This document shows, one piece after another, positions 59,712-64,000 of a DNA stretch of 64,000 bases. The position numbers were made by a program, and so were the translations under genes. This stretch comes from Amoebidium appalachense. Taxonomy: Eukaryota; Protista; Ichthyosporea. Location of the stretch: the NCBI GenBank assembly GCA_963693365.1, contig CAVNZM010000009.1:929731-993730 (forward strand). The letters run 5' to 3'. The notes beneath the pieces were generated by a model. That model was not told the DNA's origin. It saw only the letters and a list, made by a program, of their open reading frames with translations, and ran no database searches. Position 1 is the first letter of the stretch, and each line of letters opens with the position of its first letter.

Positions 59712-60119
59712 TTATTTGAGCGGCTCGCGGCGCAGCGCGGATGCCACGCGGGCAGTCCAGGCGCACCTGCCACGTAAGTTCGCGGCGAAGGCCTGGTATG
59801 GAAGCGTCTGTGAGAACCACTCGCCCTTGTTGACGTCCCAGTAGCGGAGCCCGTTTTTCTTCGATATGTGGACCCGGGGACAGCTGCGGCAGTCCGGAAC
59901 GGTCTCGCTGTCAGCGTCGAAGCCCTCCGCGAGGTACTTGTCGTACAGCGCCTGTCCGCACGCGATTGCGTCGCAGCCCGCGTAGGGTCCAGGGTCGGGC
60001 AGTGGACGACCTTCCATGGCCGCACGCACCGACCGCCACACCGACGCCGCCTGGTGCCGAGCCGCGATTGCAGCAAACGTCAGCGCGCATATGACACACA
60101 CAACCAGTACCAGATACAT
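59712..60119 (-). CDS. Small signal/TM-anchored Cys-containing viral protein, 135 aa
   Basis: ATG at 60119, hydrophobic N-terminus YLVLVVCVICALTFAAIAA, CDAIAC..CRSC; the stop overlaps AATAAA. Confidence 0.65.
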   Translation of the reverse strand: MYLVLVVCVICALTFAAIAARHQAASVWRSVRAAMEGRPLPDPGPYAGCDAIACGQALYDKYLAEGFDADSETVPDCRSCPRVHISKKNGLRYWDVNKGEWFSQTLPYQAFAANLRGRCAWTARVASALRREPLK

Positions 60120-60165
60120 CACTGTGAGACACCAGCATTACGTCCAACCCCAAGACCGCGAGCGG

Positions 60166-61524
60166 CTATTTGATCCCAACTAGGACGGTGAAGCGACCGC
60201 CGACCCTGTACCCCATCTCATCCACGACGGCCACGCGCAGCCCATCGACGTGCTCGAGCGACGTGGCGATCTGCGGCGACGCCTGTAGGTCTTCGCTGAT
60301 GCCGCAGGCGGCGCCGTGGACACCCGCGGACACGATGCGGCCTTGCAGGCTTGTCTCGCCGTGCATGACGTTGACCAGCAGCGCGCCCCGAGGCGCCAGG
60401 GGAGGCGTGGACCCGACGATGCACTGGATGTTGTCTGCGGCGCAGGGAAGCTGTTGGTCGCCTTCGGCCACAGGGGCGTGGTCGCGGCCGTCGAAGTACC
60501 TTGCGAGCGGGGGTAACCCGCTGGTGAGGCTGTGACTGACGTGGCCGCCGACCTCGAACCCCAGGACGCGCGCAAGGCCGCGTGGGACATCAAGGGTGAA
60601 CGTAGGGACAGTTGCATACGGGGCCCAGTGCTTGACGACGTCGGGTGTGAGTGTCTTGTGGTGGTGGATGCTGATGACCAGGCGATCGGGAATCGCCAGC
60701 TGCGACGGGGACATGAACGAGTAGAGCGTGTGGTGGAACGGCCACTTGAAGCGGTTGTGGGGGTCACGCTCGTTTGCCAGCTCTCGCCATGCCCAAGGGT
60801 TCTCCCGATAGTGTATCTGCGCCAGCTGCAGCACCTCGTGGGCCAGGTGATCGGCGGGGCCCGAAGTGCGCGGCGCCCACCTGTCCTTTGCGAGGAAGTC
60901 TTCTTGGCGGGTCCATGCCTCGCCATTGCGCTCGGCGGCGGCCTTGATGACGGCCGTGTGTGTGACCTTTGCGTAGTACGGGACTGCATCCGGGAACACG
61001 TCGAGGAGGTCTGCGATGTCATCGATGTTATACGAGGGCTTGTAGCAATCGGCGATGGCCTGATCTAGACGGGCCTCCAATTCAGCGCACAGGGCGCCGA
61101 TTGTATAGTGCCCGACCGGCAGGTAGATGTCTGCAGTCGAACGTGTCCACGAGCCCGGGTGGCGGCCATCTGGCGAGTCGAGGAACGACAGCCCCAGCAC
61201 CAATCTGTTGGAGCCCTCTGACACGTCGTACACGGAATGCACCCTTGCGCCGTCGACGCGAACACCGTGGACCGAGCGGGGAGCGGAGAACTCTATCTTC
61301 AGCGGGCCACCGTGTGTGTCGCCGCTGACAAAGTGGTATCGCCAGGGAGCCTGGGACGCTTGGGTCGGGGCGGGTGTGCTCCGGGCGGAGGCATCGCCTA
61401 CCACTGATGTGCGGGACGGGGTTGGAAGTGCGGGTCCGTGGGGAAAGGCCCGTCGTGCCATGGCGGCGGAGAAGTCGATGTGTGAAGCCATGTCGTCGAG
61501 AATACGGGAGCGCGCCTTCGACAT
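60166..61524 (-). CDS. Penton / minor capsid protein-like (single jelly roll with large insertion), 452 aa
   Basis: Recalled NCLDV/PLV penton pattern in order: IEF..P..V..V.V..A.V..YDV..SN.L; IYLPVGHYTIGALCAELEARL (P-G-Y helix); LARVLGF; C-terminal L.V.VVDEMG..V.GRFTVLVGI. Confidence 0.65.
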   Translation of the reverse strand: MSKARSRILDDMASHIDFSAAMARRAFPHGPALPTPSRTSVVGDASARSTPAPTQASQAPWRYHFVSGDTHGGPLKIEFSAPRSVHGVRVDGARVHSVYDVSEGSNRLVLGLSFLDSPDGRHPGSWTRSTADIYLPVGHYTIGALCAELEARLDQAIADCYKPSYNIDDIADLLDVFPDAVPYYAKVTHTAVIKAAAERNGEAWTRQEDFLAKDRWAPRTSGPADHLAHEVLQLAQIHYRENPWAWRELANERDPHNRFKWPFHHTLYSFMSPSQLAIPDRLVISIHHHKTLTPDVVKHWAPYATVPTFTLDVPRGLARVLGFEVGGHVSHSLTSGLPPLARYFDGRDHAPVAEGDQQLPCAADNIQCIVGSTPPLAPRGALLVNVMHGETSLQGRIVSAGVHGAACGISEDLQASPQIATSLEHVDGLRVAVVDEMGYRVGGRFTVLVGIK

Positions 61525-61549
61525 CCTACAGGTGGGTGAGCATAAAAGC

Positions 61550-61918
61550 TCAGTCCATGACTGTGCAGTTGCACTGCCAACGGGCCTTGGGTCCCGGGGC
61601 AGAAGGTGCGGGCGTCATGCTGGGTGGCCACACCAAAGTCTCGGGGGTAGTGGTGGGGGTGGCTGGGGACGGGGTGACGTGATCCTCGGAGGAAATCTGT
61701 GACCCGGAGCCACTGGCGGGGAAGTCGAGTGGGACCTCATCGTCTGTCGGCGCGGGGATGCCGGGGGGCCAGACCGCAGGTGCGGTTTCAGCGACGGCCT
61801 CGGTGGCTGCGAGACTGGACGCGGGGCCGGTGCTTTGGTATATGCACTGTGGGGCAGCGAGCGACCCGACGGCAAGGGCGAAGACGGCGTAGAGGTTGTT
61901 GAGCATTACGTGTAGCAT
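61550..61918 (-). CDS. Secreted P/T/S-rich (mucin-like) small protein, 122 aa
   Basis: Signal-like LYAVFALAVGSLA, repeated VWPP motifs, P/T-rich linker, terminal WQCNC paired with N-terminal QC. Confidence 0.65.
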   Translation of the reverse strand: MLHVMLNNLYAVFALAVGSLAAPQCIYQSTGPASSLAATEAVAETAPAVWPPGIPAPTDDEVPLDFPASGSGSQISSEDHVTPSPATPTTTPETLVWPPSMTPAPSAPGPKARWQCNCTVMD

Positions 61919-61926
61919 ATAAAATT

Positions 61927-62553
61927 CTAGGCGCCGCGGAGGTCCAAGACGGCAAGAAACAACGTTATGGCAGGGAACGGGAACATGTCAAGACAGAGCC
62001 TGAAGCGCCAGAACCGCGCGATGCATATCGCAACATTGACACCCCGAAATCCATATTGGACGCCGAGGTCGTCCGTGTAGACAAACCACGAGGGCATCGG
62101 GATGATTGGTAAACCGCCCAAGCCAAGCGAAGCGGCCACTCCCAGTTCGATACGGGCAGTGGGTAGCGAAGCGGGTGACCAATTTGTGTGGTTAGGTGTA
62201 CGCGTGTTGATTCTTACGTTAGCGAGGTTTGGCCTCGGTAGTGCGTGTTTCGCGGCGGTCGTGGCTCCGGTCTGTGAATGTATGAAGACAAATTCTGAGG
62301 CATCGGCCCTGTCGTCGGTGAACGTGACGACGTTGTGATCCGGCAAAGCCTTCCAATACATACACAGATCCCCGACGCGGGTGCACACGTATGGGTCATC
62401 CCTCTGCCATGGCAGTGCCATGCCAGTCTGTTGGGTGTCTGCCAGATCGGGCGGCCAATCAGTTGGTTCGCTCAGCAGAGCCAGTTGCTTGCTAACGTAT
62501 CGACCTGCATGAAGGATGTGCATATCGTGTGGGGGCTAACAAGACCTGGGCAT
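61927..62553 (-). pseudogene. Viral hypothetical protein (~200 aa) with a possible premature stop at codon 6
   Basis: AATAAAATG start context at 62553 reads MPRSC*PPHDMHIL..; TAG at 62536-62538 is in frame with the 198-aa ORF that starts at 62523. Confidence 0.45.
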
Positions 62554-62590
62554 TTTATTGTGCCACAAGCAAGGGCCAGTGCGTACACGC

Positions 62591-63037
62591 ATGTGGATCG
62601 CTCTGAGTATACTCTGTTCATCTGTTCACGGACATGCAGCCATATTGTGGCCGCCGCAGATGCCTTGCCCGGCAAGCTTTATTGGATTGTTGCCACGCGA
62701 GATGCGGGCGATGGCAAAGACCCCCAAATCATACGGTCAAGACATTCCCATGTACCTACTCCAATCGTCCAACCTTGAATATGCCAAGTCCGAGCCATGT
62801 CGGACGCGCAAAACAACCGGCGAAACTTACACAGTCAAACCCGGAAAGAGATCTAACATCAAAACCCAAAACGATGTTCCCCACGGGGGAGACTACTACT
62901 TCTGCTTTTTCAGAATGGTTAATAGACGCATGCATACGAGTGACATCCAACTAGGCACTCCAAGTGCGATAAGGGGTGCTGGTGATACGGCCGCGATGGG
63001 GTGCAATCCACGTCCCCCACAATGTGAGCGTCTGTAA
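62591..63037 (+). CDS. Secreted His1 LPMO-like (histidine-brace) protein, apparently truncated, 148 aa
   Basis: Signal MWIALSILCSSVHG then H1-AAILWPP; PCR..T..T..PG....QNDVPHGGDYYF gives the second His in the position typical of AA11/AA16/X325-type folds; the C-terminal half is missing or frameshifted. Confidence 0.55.
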   Translation: MWIALSILCSSVHGHAAILWPPQMPCPASFIGLLPREMRAMAKTPKSYGQDIPMYLLQSSNLEYAKSEPCRTRKTTGETYTVKPGKRSNIKTQNDVPHGGDYYFCFFRMVNRRMHTSDIQLGTPSAIRGAGDTAAMGCNPRPPQCERL

Positions 63038-63132
63038 AGGGCGGCAGAAATGCTATATGCAGATGAAGTGGGTGACCTCCAAACTCGTCGATTGCGTTCA
63101 CCAGACGTATGTGGGCTGTGCCTTGATCTCTG

Positions 63133-63684
63133 TCAAGCGGCGGTGATGGTAGTGTGATGTGGGGTGGTCGGAGTGTTAGCGGTGTGTGTGTTTGTCTTCT
63201 GTGTGGGTTCGTCGTGAGGGAGTCTCGCCAATGCCGCGATTGTGCGCACCTTCGGGGTATTCCAAGTACAATACTTGTCGGCGATCTGGAAGATGGTGTA
63301 ATTGGCGTCTTGCTTGTATGGAGCCGTGATAACACCCACCACGGCGACAAGCGAGACAAGTCGGGCGAGTTGTGACACAAGCAAGGCGTCCTCCTTCCGC
63401 AATAAAAATCTCATCAGGACGTGGCGCATTGGACGCAGTAGAGTGAAATCTACATCTGATATCAGGGCTTGGACACACTCCTTGCAGAATGCGGCATGGC
63501 TATTCAGCATATCGACATCCACCCCGTCGATGGCCGACGACACGACAACCAAGTCCGGGTTGTCGTCGAACGACCCATAATAAGACTTTACTTCGTCTGT
63601 GATATACTCGATGTACCTTGTTCTGTGCTCCACAGGAAGTGTGGCGGGCAGACCATAGAAACTCCGGAAACCGGAGTTCGGCAT
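63133..63684 (-). CDS. Viral hypothetical protein, ~183 aa
   Basis: ATG at 63684 preferred because ATG 63741 lies only 20 nt from TATAAA; globular helical composition; 3' end may be frameshifted. Confidence 0.6.
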   Translation of the reverse strand: MPNSGFRSFYGLPATLPVEHRTRYIEYITDEVKSYYGSFDDNPDLVVVSSAIDGVDVDMLNSHAAFCKECVQALISDVDFTLLRPMRHVLMRFLLRKEDALLVSQLARLVSLVAVVGVITAPYKQDANYTIFQIADKYCTWNTPKVRTIAALARLPHDEPTQKTNTHTANTPTTPHHTTITAA

Positions 63685-63760
63685 CGTGATTTGTGAAACT
63701 AGAAACGTATTCTGGTTTGAGTCGAATGATGAATGAAGCATTGTGTATGTGACGTTCCTC

Positions 63761-63980
63761 TTTATACCATTTGATCCAGATGCGCATAAGCAAATGCAAA
63801 CGATTGGTGTATGATGGTGTTATGTGTCCTGATGTAACCAATCGCTGCTTTCCATCCACATGAATTCCTAGTGTGTGGTATGGCTCACTTTATCAGGAAC
63901 CAATGAAAAAAACGACGAATTGGATGGTAGTGTTTACATCTTTCACATCAAAATTTATCAGATAATGATTTGCGCCCAAT
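63761..63980 (-). promoter_or_regulatory. Pol II-type promoter: TATAAA plus five CCAAT/ATTGG boxes
   Basis: tttata at 63761-63766; ATTGG at 63803 and 63919; CCAAT at 63838, 63900 and 63976. Confidence 0.6.
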
Positions 63981-64000
63981 CAAAAACGGTGAATCAAAAT

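Larger units (their letters stand above)
53032..64000. mobile_element. Endogenous large DNA virus (Varidnaviria, probably Nucleocytoviricota-like), left portion; continues beyond the window
   Basis: Abrupt loss of long poly-G/(CA)n tracts, tightly packed apparently intronless ORFs mostly on the minus strand, GC/CpG-rich core, penton/minor-capsid-like gene, and a CPxC-repeat membrane protein. No MCP, polymerase or integrase lies inside the window, so the class and exact left end are uncertain. Confidence 0.75.

Noticed and set aside
59681-60076. N-terminal extension of the 454-aa lectin ORF
   Set aside because: Non-ATG start; it overlaps the 135-aa gene in another frame and has R/S/T-rich shadow-frame composition.
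56003-61902. Numerous antisense and alternate-frame ORFs in the GC-rich viral core
   Set aside because: Shadow ORFs expected from high GC3; each overlaps a better-supported minus-strand gene.
53032-64000. Bacterial contamination or prophage as the explanation of the right-hand segment
   Set aside because: I recognise no bacterial genes or clear Shine-Dalgarno/operon signals; eukaryotic TATA/CCAAT/AATAAA signals and a penton-like gene favour a eukaryotic virus. A chimeric join still needs read-level checking.

Overview
Eukaryotic genomic DNA with two sharply different halves. (1) Positions 1 to ~53,030 are host-type: intron-rich genes whose introns are saturated with poly-G/poly-C and (CA)n/(GT)n tracts, so almost all ORF-track entries there are repeat artefacts. 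Reading splice sites by hand gives four genes: an ERCC6L2-like Tudor + SNF2 helicase (minus strand, 26 phase-consistent exons, runs off the left edge), a two-exon ~948-aa type I membrane protein with a FRAS1/FREM2-C-terminal/ZP-like ectodomain, a RAP80/UIMC1-like UIM-SIM-UBZ4 protein, and a small secreted protein (plus strand). (2) From ~53,030 to the right edge the simple repeats vanish and the DNA becomes gene-dense, apparently intronless and mostly minus-strand. It encodes a penton/minor-capsid-like protein, a TM-CPxC-bulb lectin-PAN/apple surface protein, a His1 LPMO-like secreted protein and several orphans. This is best read as the left end of an endogenous large DNA virus (Varidnaviria, probably Nucleocytoviricota-like). 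Its intergenic regions repeatedly carry host Pol II-type TATA + phased CCAAT (NF-Y) arrays, and the junction is marked by an inverted repeat and complex (GA)n / CACGTG-rich repeats. A unicellular holozoan host (e.g. an ichthyosporean such as Amoebidium) is an inference only. All homology calls are from recalled motifs, not searches.
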